In this document: positions 39,601-53,665 of the stretch, piece after piece
Layout: the number at the start of each line of letters is the position of its first letter
Position numbering within the stretch: position 1 is the first letter of the stretch
Assembly (NCBI GenBank): GCA_030141605.1
Contig: JAQGDQ010000777.1
Location: 1 to 64,000 of the forward strand
From: Tubiluchus corallicola
Lineage: Eukaryota; Animalia; Priapulida
Reading direction: 5' to 3'
Length of the DNA stretch: 64,000 nt
Notes under the pieces: generated by a model
Seen by the model: only the letters and a program-made list of their open reading frames with translations
Told to the model about the DNA's origin: nothing
Database searches by the model: none
Position numbers and translations under genes: made by a program

Positions 39601-42600
39601 GGGTCAACAATTAACATTAGCTCAAAGAGCTATTATCGCCGACTGTAAATAACAACCTACAACTACATAACTGAGGCTATTATTACCCCACTTTTACCCT
39701 AAATACCACGCGTCAGGCGGGGCAACAGCAGGTACCATTTTTAAAAACTTTGGTATGACCTGGCCACTGGTTCGAACTCACGACCTCCCAGACGGAAAGC
39801 AGACGCATTATCACTAGACTAAACCGTCCGGTCTAAAGACATATTCTTTTTGTAAGAAATTGGAAACCACAATGTCACAAGTCAAAACAGCACAAGAGAA
39901 CAGAAGAACCCATTTCTTTTGCATACGTCATAAAGAGTTAAGACCTTTGGCACAAGAGGCTGAATTTAGCTATACTAAATGCCATTATACATCGAGTCCA
40001 ACTATTGATGACATCACAAACTAACATAATTTTCAACAGCGAAAATATTCTGAGCGTATTTGCACATGTTTGCTACAAGTACAAAGCTACTGTAAGGTAT
40101 TCAGTGTGTTGAACTAAAACTAGGCAAGTTTTAAGATAAAAATTCAAATTTCAAATTTACCGCTGTGTTTACGCATGAGCTGTTGAACGTGTGTAGTTTG
40201 TCAGAAACACATCTGAACTGAGAAGTACAGTACCTGTTTTTGTGCTATGTGTTTTCGAAATGCAGGCACTAGTGCCCGTCTAACTAGCGAATAGCAAAAT
40301 GCATGTAATAGAGAAGAACTAGTGGCGTGAACGAGAAATTGTGTTTGTGTGATAATAACTGTTCCACGTAAGTGATTTTTGAAAAATAGTGTGTTTCCTT
40401 TCAATGATGTAAAGAGTAGATTGGTTTGAGTTACAGTTGGGTCTGGTTTTGCTTTAGGAAGTAATTACTTGTTGTGAGCACCTCATATGATTGTGAATTC
40501 AGAAAAAGAAAAAGAAGTAAAGGAACAGAACAAAAAAGTTGGAAGAAAATGGAAAGAGAGGTGTGACGGTAACTGTATGAAATGACAGGAACTATAGAAA
40601 CTGACATTGATGAATCCCGTCAGGGGCAGCAAAACTCAGCCTAAAGCTTACATAATTACACTTGTATCTCGGTTTGCACGACAAAAAGGGGGGAGACCGT
40701 CGGTCCGAACTTGCCAAATGTTCGTAAATATCCGATACAGAGTTAATACAGTAGTCGTCGTGTATTAGACTCATGGTGATGTACAATCAATCTGGTACGG
40801 GCTGCTCTTATGCAAAGGTACATAAAAACTGTCTGCATTTGACTCACATAACTCCACATAATTGACTCTAAACACTGACTCTAATACACACTCTGATTAA
40901 ACCACTTAAACATGCTTAAACTAAGATTTCTGCTATTACCTATCAGCTATTAGTACTGCGTGATGCTAGACATAGACATAGAACATTTATTTTCTCCAAT
41001 TAGTTTAACATCAAAAGTTTTTTAAATATTAAGTAATTATAATCATGGAGCAGGGCAGGGAAGGACCATAGGGTCATCTAGTCTCCTGTCCTTTCTTACA
41101 AATAGATTAGTATATTAAAAATTAACGGTGATGCTGCAGATAACAAAAACAAAAACAAATAAGAAAAAAAAAACAGTACAAATTTTCAAAAAAAAACTAA
41201 AAACAAAAAATAATAAAGTTAGATACCTAAATCTAAACAAAACAATATAATTATTCAGCAATTAGGATTATTATATGTAGTAGTTTAAAATGGGGTCTTA
41301 TTAACAGGCGAATTTGACCCAGGTTAGTGAGTAAAGTTAAAAACTGAGAGTATGGAAAGAAAAATAAGCATCAAAAAAGTGTAATATAGAAAAATTTATG
41401 CGAAAAAGTAAGCATGAGAAAGAGCAACAATTACTTAGGAGATGAGGAGAAAAAAGAAAAAGAAGCATACAAGCAACGCATGTGTCAACACATAGTGTTT
41501 AGTTACACTAATGTAATGATGCAAACAAAGTGAAGGCCTGCCAACTAGCAGTCAGCTCGCGAAGCAATGGACTGTGTCCGTAAGTATACAGGACTTTACA
41601 CGGTCAAGATTTTGTCCGATATCCGTAAAAGCGAGGTCCGGCAAACTGAGTTATGAGTTTAGTTTTTTGCATATTTTCGATATAATTTAAAGCACTCCAA
41701 ACCACCATGTGTTATTTAACAAAAGAGCCTCGTTACCACATTCAAATAAGTTCAGAATCATTAAAAACCTCGCCAAGAGATGGAGCCACACCAGTGCACA
41801 AAAGCTCAGAAAACCACACAAATATAGCGACACAATTTTCAAATGGATTGTGATCGTAGTATGCGGGATTTCATATCAATAAAAGCGAAGTTCAGCAAAC
41901 CAAGATACGAGTGTACAAAAACTGACTATTCCAACACAGTGCTGTAATTCACCATGGATGAGATTGACAAATTGCAAAAAACTCTGAAGCAGCCCGGGGG
42001 TTTGGGGACTGCGTAGGCAGCAACAAATTGCAATTTTGTGACCACAGAGAACTTCTAAGTGGACTTAAAATATCAATTACCTTGTTTCATGCATGATTTC
42101 AAATACCCAAATACCCAATTGTCTGAAAAACGCTTAAGTACTGGCCGCTCCTATGCAAAAGTATATAAAAACTGTCTGCAATTGACTCAAATAACTCCGC
42201 ACAATTGATTCTATATTTTTATACATAGAGATAAACACGTGGTTACACTGATGTATGGGATGTAAACAAAGTGACGGCCTGCCAACTAGTGGTCAGCTTG
42301 TGAAATAATGTACTGGGTCCGTAAAAATTTTCTCAACAAATTTATGCGATTTACAATAATGACACTACTGGTCTTCCAAAAACTCGGAATTCCGCGGAAA
42401 ATTCTCATCCCTGATTCTAGCACATAGTGGCTAAAACAAAATTAACGGGAAAAGCTCATTTATCCAGCCCACAAATTTAAACAACCTCAAGTTGGGGCCA
42501 CTCTTCCTCCGCTCCTTTCTCCAAGCAGAACGTAAAAGAGGAGCCTTCGTACTGTCCACTGCTGCTGTCCGGTTCTATATACGCGTAAAGGCTACAGCTC

Positions 42601-45600
42601 CATGTCCGCCCATCTATAATGGATAAAATACAATGAACAGAAAGGTAGTGACAAGCTATTTGAGTCTAATGTACCAATTTAGATGACAACAAAGGAATAA
42701 GGTATTTGCAATTCGTACGTGTCAAGCTCACATGTCTTTCTTTGTCCAATAAATTATAAGTATGTCAAGGTCACATGATTTTCTTATCCAATAAATTATA
42801 AATACACCTCAAGGTCACATGACTTTCTTTGTCCAATAAATTATAAGTCAATTACATTATTTTGCAGAAATTCAGTTCTTTTTTAAAATGCTTCAAAGCA
42901 TAAAAATAGACAGACAGGCAGATAGATAGACAGAGAGGAGACACGTCAAACCTTTTAGTTTTAGCTTGCAAGAGTTAGCTAAGATGGTAGCCTCTATGTC
43001 CTTGTTTTCAAGCCCGGCGCCAATCTCAACCTTGATGATCACGCGCGAGTCACTCTGATTCCAACCACAGAGCAGTTCATCTAACACAAACAAATAAACA
43101 AATAGTAAACAACTACACAAATAAATAACCTTTATGATCAGTTCATCTAACACAAATAAACAAACAAATAGTAAGCAACTACACAAATAAATAACCTTTA
43201 TGATAAATAACAAAAACAAATAGTAAATAATTACGCAAATAAATCAAATTAGCTTTAACAGACACAGAACATTAATTAGCTTTTCGACTTACTATCTACT
43301 AACCACCAATAAGCATTTTTACTATTAAAAAAAATAAGGGAAGACAAGTTGATTTTTCATATACTACTTCATTTTCAAGTCCGATAAAAAGTGTACATTT
43401 TAACGCAATTAATACTGCAAAAGTGCTTTTGATATCACAAATGAACATAATTTTCAACAGCAAAAATATTCCGCGAGCATCTTGTGCTTGTTTGTGATGG
43501 AGAAAATTGAAGTACAGCGCTACTGTAAAAGATTCAGTGTGTTGTACTAAAACTGGGTAAGTTTTAAGATAGAAATCCAAATTTACTGTTGCACTCACGC
43601 ATGACCTTTCGAGCATGTGCAGTTCGTCACAAACTAACACATCTCAACTGACAGCCACAGCACCTGTTTTTTTGCATCATGCATTTCTGAAATGCTGGCG
43701 CTAGTGCCCGTCTAACCAGCAAATGGAGAAATGCATGCAACAGCGAAGAACTAGTGGCGCAAATGCGAAATTGTGTTTATGTGATAATAATTCTTTCACG
43801 TGAGTCATTTTTGAAAAAAAATAGTCAATTTCCTTTTAATATTTTGAAGAGTAGGTTGTTTTGTCTCGCAGTTTAAGATTGGGTCCGGTTTTGCTCTAAG
43901 CCAAAATACCAAAGACACGACGTTGTAAGAAAATCACAAGTTTCCATTGACTTGGCATACTATGATTAAACGATGATAATCAGTGGAAAACAAATGGTTT
44001 ATGTGGCTTAGATTCATAGTCAGTAAAATCAAAAGCATAATATTGTTATAATGAGTAATAATATTTTGTGTTGTGCTGTATTGCATTATCTACGGCCATA
44101 TCACGTTGAAAACACCGGCTCTCGTCTGATCACCGAAGTTAAGCAGCTTAGAGCCTGGTTAGTACTTAGATGGGTGTACCACCTATCTATAGCACCTATC
44201 TAGGAATACCAGGTGCTATAGGCCTGCGGCATGCCCACACTGTATCTCGACACTAGGCGGAGGAGCTGCACAAGCAGCCAACGGCTAGAGGGCAGAGGAG
44301 GTCAAGTGTGTAGAGGAGTAAACCTTCCAATTCAGGAGTGGAGCCCCGAAGTCGGACCAGTGCAGCATGCTCAATGACTCCGGCAGCTCCTGCAGCCAAC
44401 CTGGTGCCAAACGTATCGCTCCGCTTTCCTCTGTACTACACCAGGGAGGAAGAGAGGGGGTTCCTGTTGTCTGGGCAACTCAGGATCTCCATACACCTTG
44501 CCCAGGTGTGCGCGCTGGAGAGGCCACTTCAGTGGTTCAAGGATCGGATTGCTCAACCACAGTCGATGCTGCAGCTCCATCAATGTGATCAATAACTGAC
44601 TCCCTTGGCGCACACTCCATTGTTTTCCGAGACAGAAGGATGCCAACAACATAATTGCACTACATTGCATTGCACTGTAGTGTATTGCATTGTATTGTAT
44701 TGTATTCATCAATAAACTCATTGCTATCACTAAAATTACAGAAAAGCACAGCTTCATAAAAATGTTTAGCCACCAAGTCTAAGCATGATGCCACATCATA
44801 GTGAAGCCCTGTTGTTTAAGAGCACTGGTGCGGCTTGCTCGAGCAAACGTATAAAATATAGTATAAAAGTATTAATTCTATTGCCTGATTGATGTTGTAT
44901 TGCCTGTGACAGCCTCTTCACCCCACAACGTATGGTTGCCTCTGAACTCTGCTCAGCGCTCTGAACTTCCATAAAAATGTCAAATAATATTCTCGCGTTA
45001 GCCATAAAAAGGTGAAAAAATGAAAAAAACACACGGGGATTCTGCACGCTGTTACACGTGAGAATCAGGCGAGTAAGTACTAATTCACTAAATGTAATCA
45101 ACAACCCAAAAGTAAATAAAGCGGCACTCTATTAGAATTCAATGGCGCATTATGACAAACAGTGCTCTTACGATACAATGATTGGCCAGTGCCTGAGTTT
45201 CACCAGTGGTGAATAAGTTAATGAAATAATAGAATATTAACGTCCAATAAGTTTAGAATATGTTATAAAAAAACGAAAAATTGATATTTAACCCAAGTTA
45301 TGTATAACAAAATATGTCTATATATATATCAAGTAATTTTAGGTCATTTGAGCAAACAATTGATTTATTCAGTCAGATGAACTAGGATTTCGCCTGAACA
45401 AAGTTAAGTTCAGCATTATCTCAATTATTAAATAAATAATATTGTGTATTTTTGCATAATTCTATACACAAAGTATTGATGAGCAATCGTAAGAGTAGTG
45501 TGGATCGTCATAATGTGATGAACAATCATATCGAATAGGTGATCACTCGGCGAAAATCGACTGGGACCTGGATTCTAATAAAGTGCCAAGAAAGCATTTA

Positions 45601-45701
45601 CCGTCATCTTCGTCATTTTCCGGCTTCTCTTTCTCGACTTCCTTCTTGCTGGATTTCAACAGAGATTCGTCGTCGCCGGCGTCCAAACTGGCCTTTTCCA
45701 T
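33692..45701 (-). CDS. USP19: USP19-like, mirror copy, 5' part only
   Basis: Exons 45602-45701, 42952-43080, 42486-42613, 39317-39379, 38479-38579, 38117-38301, 35064-35221, 33692-33854. Only synonymous differences from the left copy were seen. Confidence 0.9.
44088..44650 (+). mobile_element. Mirror copy of the 5S-headed RTE-tailed insert (5S part 44088-44223)
   Basis: Reverse complement of 3495-4057. The 3' flank microsatellite differs from the left copy. Confidence 0.75.
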
Positions 45702-48156
45702 GCTTCGCTTTCTGCCCAGCTCAGCAACGGCCAGCGTAGGACGAACTTCACGCACGAGAGGTATTTTGCTAAATGTATGGTAAGTTCTTTGCAGTCTGGG
45801 GTTCCCTAAGCTACCGACACGTTCGTGCTGGAGCCTATCACGGGTTTCTTCATGAAACTAACGTATAAAACAGACGAATTTCAATTAACAATAGATTGTT
45901 AGCAACGTAAATTAACAACCAAAAAGAATGTTTACTTTCACGGTAACGCCAAATTTTTAACTTTAAAATTAAATACAGAAACAAATTGCTCACCGAAAAC
46001 AAAAGAACAAAATGAGTTAGCAAAACTACAACTTTCTACAGCACATTCATGACACAAAGCCTTTGCATTCAAAAATGTATACGTTGAAAACTGAAAGGTT
46101 CGGTTTTATTCAGCCCTGCTTTATCTATTCTACTCATGCAGGCTTACGATGAAACAACTAGAACAATAAAACAACTTGCTGCCAGCCAGAGATTATAGTC
46201 GCTGCATGTGCTAATATCAGGTCCAGTACACTATATACATATGGCAAAGGGCCAAGTTAAAACAATTAAATTTCTATTTTATAGCTGTAACTGTGAGGGG
46301 TGAGCATTCTCTACCATCGAGCTGAACTGAATTTCAAGATTTCGAATTCAAATCGAATTTGAATTTAGTTTGCAAGATTTTCGAACAAGTTTTCAAGCTA
46401 CTAACAAAAAGTGGTTTTACAAAGATTATGCACAGTACTTCAGTCTAGTATGTCAGGTCTTTTATTTTGGAGTAAAAGTTTGGTATAAATTATGTAAAGA
46501 AGGTGTTGGGAAAGTATATGTTGCACTTAATAATAGTTGCTCAAACTCATCCTAGAAGGTGGCATGACTAAGAGAAGAATTCAGGTTGTTGATGTATGTT
46601 GTAAAAAGACAGTGTGGATATATCTTGAAGACAGGCACTTGAGCGGGGAATAAGAAATGACATGTATGACAGGCTGCTGCTAGAGACAATACATAGTCAC
46701 AGCATTCCCAAGGAACATCATGTGAAACTTGGTCAATAAAAGTGACCCATATTATGTTATAACGACACTGTATCAAAAATAAAGGCCAGGCTGATACTAT
46801 TATACTTATCATGTAATGAAAACTCCACAAATGCAACTTATGTGACAAATCATTTTCTCAGTGAGGTAGTCTTCTTATGCACATGAGCATTCATACCACA
46901 ATGTGTAATGAGCAATGTGCGAACTGCGAATAGATAAGTTACAATTGAATAAGATAGGTAAGTTACAGTCTAAGTCAAATTAAATTTTTCATCGATGAGT
47001 AAACTTACAATGCGTTACAACTTACAGAAAGTATATTGTCATTGTGATAGTTATCTCTTGTAAAATGGGCTGTAGTGTCAGGATTTCAGAAATGCTTTGG
47101 CCAAAAACCAGGTGCTGTACCTCTGAATTTAGATGTGTGAGTTTCAGATGCTTATACATAAACAACATATTATGAAACTGATTGCTTTATGACGGTATTT
47201 GATTTATTTTAATGCATTCTCAAAACACGTGGGTGCAAATTGATGCAATTCTTTATAATGCCTGTTATTCTGTAGATCTGTGTGCTATAAACTATTGTAA
47301 AATTTTTATTATGAACACTTTCATACTGAAAAATGTCTATAATAATTATTGTATTATATATTCACACAGATGTAGCGTAACAAAAAGAATCAAAATACTG
47401 TCTAATAGTGTCTATATACATTTTTTGGCTTAATTGACGCCTTGTCGGGATCAATCTTGGGTACAACATATCTGCCTCTTCCGAGGCAACATATCTCTCT
47501 GTACATTAATTGTTTTCTATCTGAAACCGGTTTCCTTTCTCCTCCTATCATTTTTTGCACGTGAGCTGTTTTTATACATCTGCCCGGAAGCAGCTACATA
47601 TCGGTAAACTGGAGTAGTAGAATAAAAGCTGCACAAGTTGCCTTACGATTTATGTAGTTGTAGAGGAAAACCGAAGTAATTTCAATAACGTATTTTCAAC
47701 TTCAGCTTTTTTGAGTAAACGAGCACATGTCGACGCGCGTTATACGTAAAGTTATAAAACATTATAAAGCATATTAATTATGTAACTTTCGAAATATTAA
47801 ATAATGACAAAATATTGGGTAACAGTTGACACGAGTTTATATTTAAGCAGTTTACTACTACAATGTGTAAGTCTAATAATCACGGGCTAGTCCAGTTGTA
47901 ACTACTTTTGAAAATTTCCTCAATACAAGATATTCTTCCAGGAATAAAAATAGTGTGTCCTGACAAAGCAACTCTGCTAGGTACCCCTTTAAGGGATGAT
48001 GCCTTGGTGTCTGTTTTTGGGAAAAAAATACATCAGTTAAAACTGCTTGGTTCTTGGCTTAGCATATTTGATGCACATGATACATTATGCGTACTTCGAT
48101 TTTGTTTCTCCATTCCAAAATTTGGTCCATATGTCCATATTTTGAGTTCTTCACCA

Positions 48157-48380
48157 NNNNNNNNNNNNNNNNNNNNNNNNNNNNNNNNNNNNNNNNNNNN
48201 NNNNNNNNNNNNNNNNNNNNNNNNNNNNNNNNNNNNNNNNNNNNNNNNNNNNNNNNNNNNNNNNNNNNNNNNNNNNNNNNNNNNNNNNNNNNNNNNNNNN
48301 NNNNNNNNNNNNNNNNNNNNNNNNNNNNNNNNNNNNNNNNNNNNNNNNNNNNNNNNNNNNNNNNNNNNNNNNNNNNNNNN
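48157..48380. other. Assembly gap (224 N)
   Basis: Run of N. Confidence 1.
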
Positions 48381-48797
48381 TGTTGCAGGTGCAAATGTTT
48401 TGGTCCATTACCTCTTCTCAAGGTAGTATATGCATTAGAAGCCACAATATATTAGACTGTAGCTCAACCTCTAGACTACTTTTTCTACTCTGACATTGTA
48501 TAGGTGGAACTTGTCATGTACGCACGTCTTTGTTGCATTTAAAAATTTGACTTATAATTATACTGCTACCTTTTACTGACATTCTGGCTTTTTCTCGACT
48601 CAATATTGGACCAACAATGTATGTATGCATTTTAGCTTTTTTAGTGTAACGTAGTAATCTGTAGCACTTATTTTCTAGCACTTTTATTTCACTAGATTTG
48701 TAGATGTAGTAGTTGTAGACTACAGAAAATTTGTATTTTTGCAGAATAAACTACATAGATCTGGGAACTCAACTTTGGTTTGAGCGTATACATTACA
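48381..48797 (+). repeat. BEL 5' LTR
   Basis: Matches 61458-61873. The right boundary could extend further if the 3' LTR is clipped. Confidence 0.85.
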
Positions 48798-49474
48798 ACC
48801 ATTTATTATTGCACTTCCAATGAGGTCTGGGCAAAGCGGTGTCATATCAAAAGGGCCGACGTACGGTGCGTGTGTGACCTTGACGTGGATACCTGGAAGT
48901 TGAACAGCTGACTGCTGGAAGACGTTATATTGCGTTGCAATGGAACATTGACGGGAAAGCTTTCTATACCGTGTGAATTCTACAGCATAGGACAGACAAG
49001 TTTGAAGTTTATTTTCTATGAACATTTACTTGTGTCATTATTCATGTTTTATTGTTGCCAAGTTTGCACTGATTAGCCTATGCCAGTTCTTGTGAGTATC
49101 AGTACGAAGTATTTAGTATAAATTATATTTAAAATGTTTAATATCCTTTTATGTAAAGGGGTTCATTTGATTATTTGAATTTATATGAGCTCTATAGTAG
49201 TGAAGCCTACATTTTTAACAGCCTTGTTGAAAATTAACTGCCAAGTAGATGATTTTTGCTGATGGTTTGGTTAGCATTGCTTGTTAGCTGAATGAATTTG
49301 AATGAATGCAAACGCTGAACTAGGTTGTTAGTTATTGCTGAGAAAGTTATGTTTTCTATTATAATGGATCCTAGCTTAAATTAAATAATTTAGGCTTTGC
49401 AGTTTGTTTGATAAGTTGAACTTTAACTTGCAAATTTTGCTAAACACGTTTTGAGAAATATTTGTACAGGCAAA

Positions 49475-51239
49475 ATGTCAGTTGAAATGGAAGAGATGAA
49501 ACGGCATAAGACAGCAAGGACTAATGCTAAGAGACAGATTACGATGAAGTCAAAAAAGCTTCAGAATTGTATTAAAGCAGAAGAACCAGTGGAGGAAATC
49601 AGACAACTGCTCAGCGAGTTAGGCACTTTGTATACTGATTTTCTGCAGATTCATCGGGCGTTTCATTTACTTTTAAATGACGCTGACAAAATGACATCAC
49701 AGACTTATGCTGATGAAGTTAAGAATGATGTAACCACAATAATGAATACTGCCAAAGATTATATTGGTATTCGGCAACTTGTCACTGCAGATGATACGGG
49801 TGCTACTGCTAACTTTGATACAGAGGCTGATGATATTTCCAAAATTCCAGTTTCAGGTTTGTTGCTAGAGGGCGCGCCACCTGTCCAAGACACAAATGTT
49901 AGCATTGCTAATACTGCTTGCAGCGTGACATCATCTGGAACTGAAGTCAGTCGTAAAGATTTCGGTGGTGCTCGACCAAAGACGCCCATGCACCCGATGT
50001 TACCAAGTAATCCCACTTCGCCTGTAGCATCTAAGAAGGTTACAGTATCTAAAAAGTCTTCTTCAAAGAAGAGCAGTTTGAGTAGCATCAAGGCAAAAGC
50101 AGCAGCCAAGAAGGCAGCACTTCTTGCTGAAGCTAATATGATAGATGCTCAGAGAAAGCTGGATCAAGAGGAACTTGACCTCAAACAAAAGCGCAAGAAG
50201 CTTGCACTTGAAACAGAGCTTGCAAAGGCACAGGCCCAGGAAAATGCAATTGCTGAATTGGAATGTGCATCACAGTTGTCTCCAGAATCTATAGCTACCA
50301 GAGAGAAACAACAGCGTGTCTTGAGATGGGTCAATGAGCAACCTGAACCTATGGCTGATCCAGAACCTGAAGCCGCCCATTTTGGTCTTAACCCATTGGT
50401 ACCTGAATGGCAGCCGCAGCAAGTTACTCAACCAATTGATGCTCCGAGAATTTCTTCGCAGCATGTTTCTTCGGAAAGGCAGCCCCGCACAAATTTTGCG
50501 CCTCATCATTTAGCAGATATGTTTCATCTAATGTCAGTGCCTAGACCAGATATAGTCAAATTTACCGGAGATCCCATTGAATATTGGACTTTCATTACTT
50601 GTTTTCACAATGCAATTGGAAACAAGCCAATTGATGACAGTGCGAAGCTAAACCATCTGTTGCAGTCTTGTACAGCAGAAGCCTATGAGTCAATCCGTTG
50701 TTGTGCTATGACCGGAGGAAGCAGAGGCTATGCAGAAGCTTTAAGGATCTTGAAAGAGAGATTTGGTGATAATCATCAGATACAGGAGATTTGGATGAAA
50801 AGACTGACTGAAGGACCACATATTAAATCACAGGATGCCAAAGGTTTGCTGAAACTTGCTGATGACTTAAATAATGCTAGAGTGACCTTGCAAGCTATGG
50901 GAAAGATGAATGAAATGAGCACTACTCGCAGCATGGCAGATATAGTTAGACGTTTACCATACCATCTTCAATCCAAATTGCGCACCAAAGCTATAGAACA
51001 TTTAACAGAATTTGGAAGGTATCCTGGTATTGACATACTATCATTGTTTCTGATGAAGGTAGCAAGAGAAATGAATGATCCAGTTTTTGGACTTTGCGAG
51101 ATGAAAGAGTCTAAGCTGCCTACCCGCAAGGAAAAGGGGAACATTACCAAAAGTTTTAGCTACACTGTTGCCAATACAAAGGCAGTCAAAAGGAAGACAT
51201 CCTTTCCTGAGCAATCTCAGTTTGTGAGAATATGTCCTC
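49475..51239 (+). pseudogene. BEL Gag, N-terminal part, interrupted by the nested element
   Basis: IVKFTGDPIEYWTFITCF...KLNHLLQSC...ALRILKERFG (DUF1759-type Gag). Breaks at ...RICP. Confidence 0.85.
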
Positions 51240-51646
51240 CGCCAGTATACATGCGTGTTGTTAGTTTTATCAACTTTACCCCTTTTGCAAAGTTGCTCTT
51301 TTGTTTTCAGCTTCTTTGTTTTTCGGGTTGCGCTCATCTTTCTAGTTATAACCTCGTTGCTTTGCGAGTTACAATAAAGTTGTTAAATTTATTCTTGTCG
51401 TCTTGGTGTTTGAGACAAAGCTGGAACATTCTTTAATTAATGGCGTGGTGGCTGCCGGTGTGACTACGTACTCAGAAAAGCCAGTGGACCTTATAATTGG
51501 TTTGTCGAGAGTGTACATGCATCTGTCTAAATCTAACCAAAACCAGTCAGCTTATTCCATAGCTGTAAAGACGTAAGAATTCAAATTTATCAGCGCAATT
51601 TTCGAAAGAACTAGTATTGATAAACACCCTCAATTTGTGTTAGAAT

Positions 51647-53665
51647 ATGGCCACTACTCGTGCTCCAAAACAGTGGTGTCTGACAAAACAAGAGACAATT
51701 ACATCATTTGAAGCATGGCGCCAAAATTTGCAATACACTCTATCGCTAGATCAGAATTTTGCAGAATTTTTAGTTGAAGGTGCGACCTGGCATAAGAAAA
51801 CAAATGCAGCACCTTTACGAGGTCTGCAAGATGATGATGAAAACGTTCCCATTGCAAACCGCCGAACAGCCGCACAAAAGACCACTCATCTGGACTTAAT
51901 GCTGGGACAGATTGCCAACTATTGTCCGATTATTTCGAGAAATTCCATTGTCAAAAACTCAACATCATTGACTCGTATATGGCAAACAATTAGACAGCAT
52001 TTCGGATTCCAAACAACAGGTGGTCATTTTTTGGATTTTAATAATATTCATATGCAGCCAGACGAACGTCCAGAAGATCTTTTCCAGCGTTTAAATAGTT
52101 TCATTGAGGATAACCTCTTACGCGCTGCAGGTGGTATACAGCATCACGGTGAGAATCCAATTAGTGATGAGGAAATTACACCTACCTTAGAGAACCTAAT
52201 CATTCTGACTTGGCTTCGACTTTTACATCCTGGGCTACCCAGCTTAGTCAAGCAAAAGTACGGTACAGAGCTAAGATCAAAAACACTTGCCTCACTGAAG
52301 CCAGAAATTTCATTGGCACTAGATTCTTTGCTAGAGGAACTTCAGGCATCAGCCGATGCTAAAGTGTTACGCACAGCCTTCCAACAGTTTCCAGATTATT
52401 CCAAACGCAAACAGCCGTTGATTCGGAAAAAGCAACCGCATCGTTCAACAAAAATTTGCCCGTTATGCAAACAAGCGGGTCGTGCTAAATTTCAACATTT
52501 TCTCAGTACGTGCCAGTACCTACCAGAGGAAGATAAGGAATATTTCGCCAGAGCCCGTCAGACCATCAGCTTTGAGGAAGACTACAGTCAAGACAGTGCA
52601 GATAGTTGTCATAACATTGACACAACAGAGCCTGACGCCGGTGACGATGATGAGTGTGCGTCCCATAATCTCCGTTGTGTGTCTACCGCACATCGAGTCA
52701 GCACAAAACAATCTCCTCATTTGAAAGTTTTCTACAAACATCATCCAATCTACATAACCCTAGACACGGGTGCTGAAACCAGCATGATCAAAGAAGCTAT
52801 TGCCCATCTAATTGGTGTTCCTATTCAGCAAGCTACACAGTCCGCTTTGCAAGCTGATGGGGTTACACCATTGGACATCATAGGTGAAACACGCATAACT
52901 GTTACTCGAAATGCTCACAATCTCTGTTTAGGAGCCCTAGTAGTGCGTAATTTGGATGTTGATATCTTGGCTGGAACTCCTTTCCTCATAGCTAACGATA
53001 TCTCAGTTCGTCCCGCTCGGAAAGAAGTTTGCATAAAAGGCTCAGACACTGCTAAATATGATATTCCCCCTGTCAACACCTCCAAAAGTAGTATTTGCTA
53101 TGCCCATGTTCTGCGTGCACCCTCAACTCCTACTATGATCTGGCCTGGCGAGTACTTAGAGTTATCAGTCCCCTCTTCTGTGGACCCTGACAGCCCTTTA
53201 GCCGTAGAGCCTCATACCGACTATGCCAAAACCACCTCACTATGGCCTCAACCTGACATAATTGAAGCTGTAGCAGGAAAAATCCGCATACCAAATATTT
53301 CTTCTGATCCACTTACAATACCCAAACACGCACACATTTGCAAGACCTATTCGGTAACTAGTTCCAAACTTACTACTAATAGCCAGGATTCCCAAAACCT
53401 ACCCCAGGCTCAAATGCATAACGCCAAGCAGAACCCACCAGTTTGTTACTCAGATGCCGTCACTGTTGACCCAGATAACATCCTAAGCCCGCAATCTCGT
53501 GCCAACTTCAAGAAGCTACTACAAGACTATGATGGCATTTTAGCCCCAATATCAGTGGATACAATGGTGCTGCTGGCAAGTTCGCATCCAAAGTCAATAT
53601 GGGTCCCGTACAGCCCCCACAGCGCAAGGGCAGAGTACCTCAATACTCACGAGATAAACTCATAG
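51647..53665 (+). CDS. Gypsy Gag-protease; frame shifts relative to pol near 53540
   Basis: RAPKQW...FEAWRQNL Gag, CPLC...H...C knuckle, LDTGA aspartic protease. Confidence 0.85.
   Translation: MATTRAPKQWCLTKQETITSFEAWRQNLQYTLSLDQNFAEFLVEGATWHKKTNAAPLRGLQDDDENVPIANRRTAAQKTTHLDLMLGQIANYCPIISRNSIVKNSTSLTRIWQTIRQHFGFQTTGGHFLDFNNIHMQPDERPEDLFQRLNSFIEDNLLRAAGGIQHHGENPISDEEITPTLENLIILTWLRLLHPGLPSLVKQKYGTELRSKTLASLKPEISLALDSLLEELQASADAKVLRTAFQQFPDYSKRKQPLIRKKQPHRSTKICPLCKQAGRAKFQHFLSTCQYLPEEDKEYFARARQTISFEEDYSQDSADSCHNIDTTEPDAGDDDECASHNLRCVSTAHRVSTKQSPHLKVFYKHHPIYITLDTGAETSMIKEAIAHLIGVPIQQATQSALQADGVTPLDIIGETRITVTRNAHNLCLGALVVRNLDVDILAGTPFLIANDISVRPARKEVCIKGSDTAKYDIPPVNTSKSSICYAHVLRAPSTPTMIWPGEYLELSVPSSVDPDSPLAVEPHTDYAKTTSLWPQPDIIEAVAGKIRIPNISSDPLTIPKHAHICKTYSVTSSKLTTNSQDSQNLPQAQMHNAKQNPPVCYSDAVTVDPDNILSPQSRANFKKLLQDYDGILAPISVDTMVLLASSHPKSIWVPYSPHSARAEYLNTHEINS

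Noticed and set aside
47908-48455. ORFs spanning the N run
   Set aside because: Artifacts of translating the assembly gap.
49451-51436. 661-aa Gag with a hydrophobic, env-like C-terminal tail
   Set aside because: The tail is read-through into the inserted T-rich LTR. The same peptide recurs at 56936-57187.
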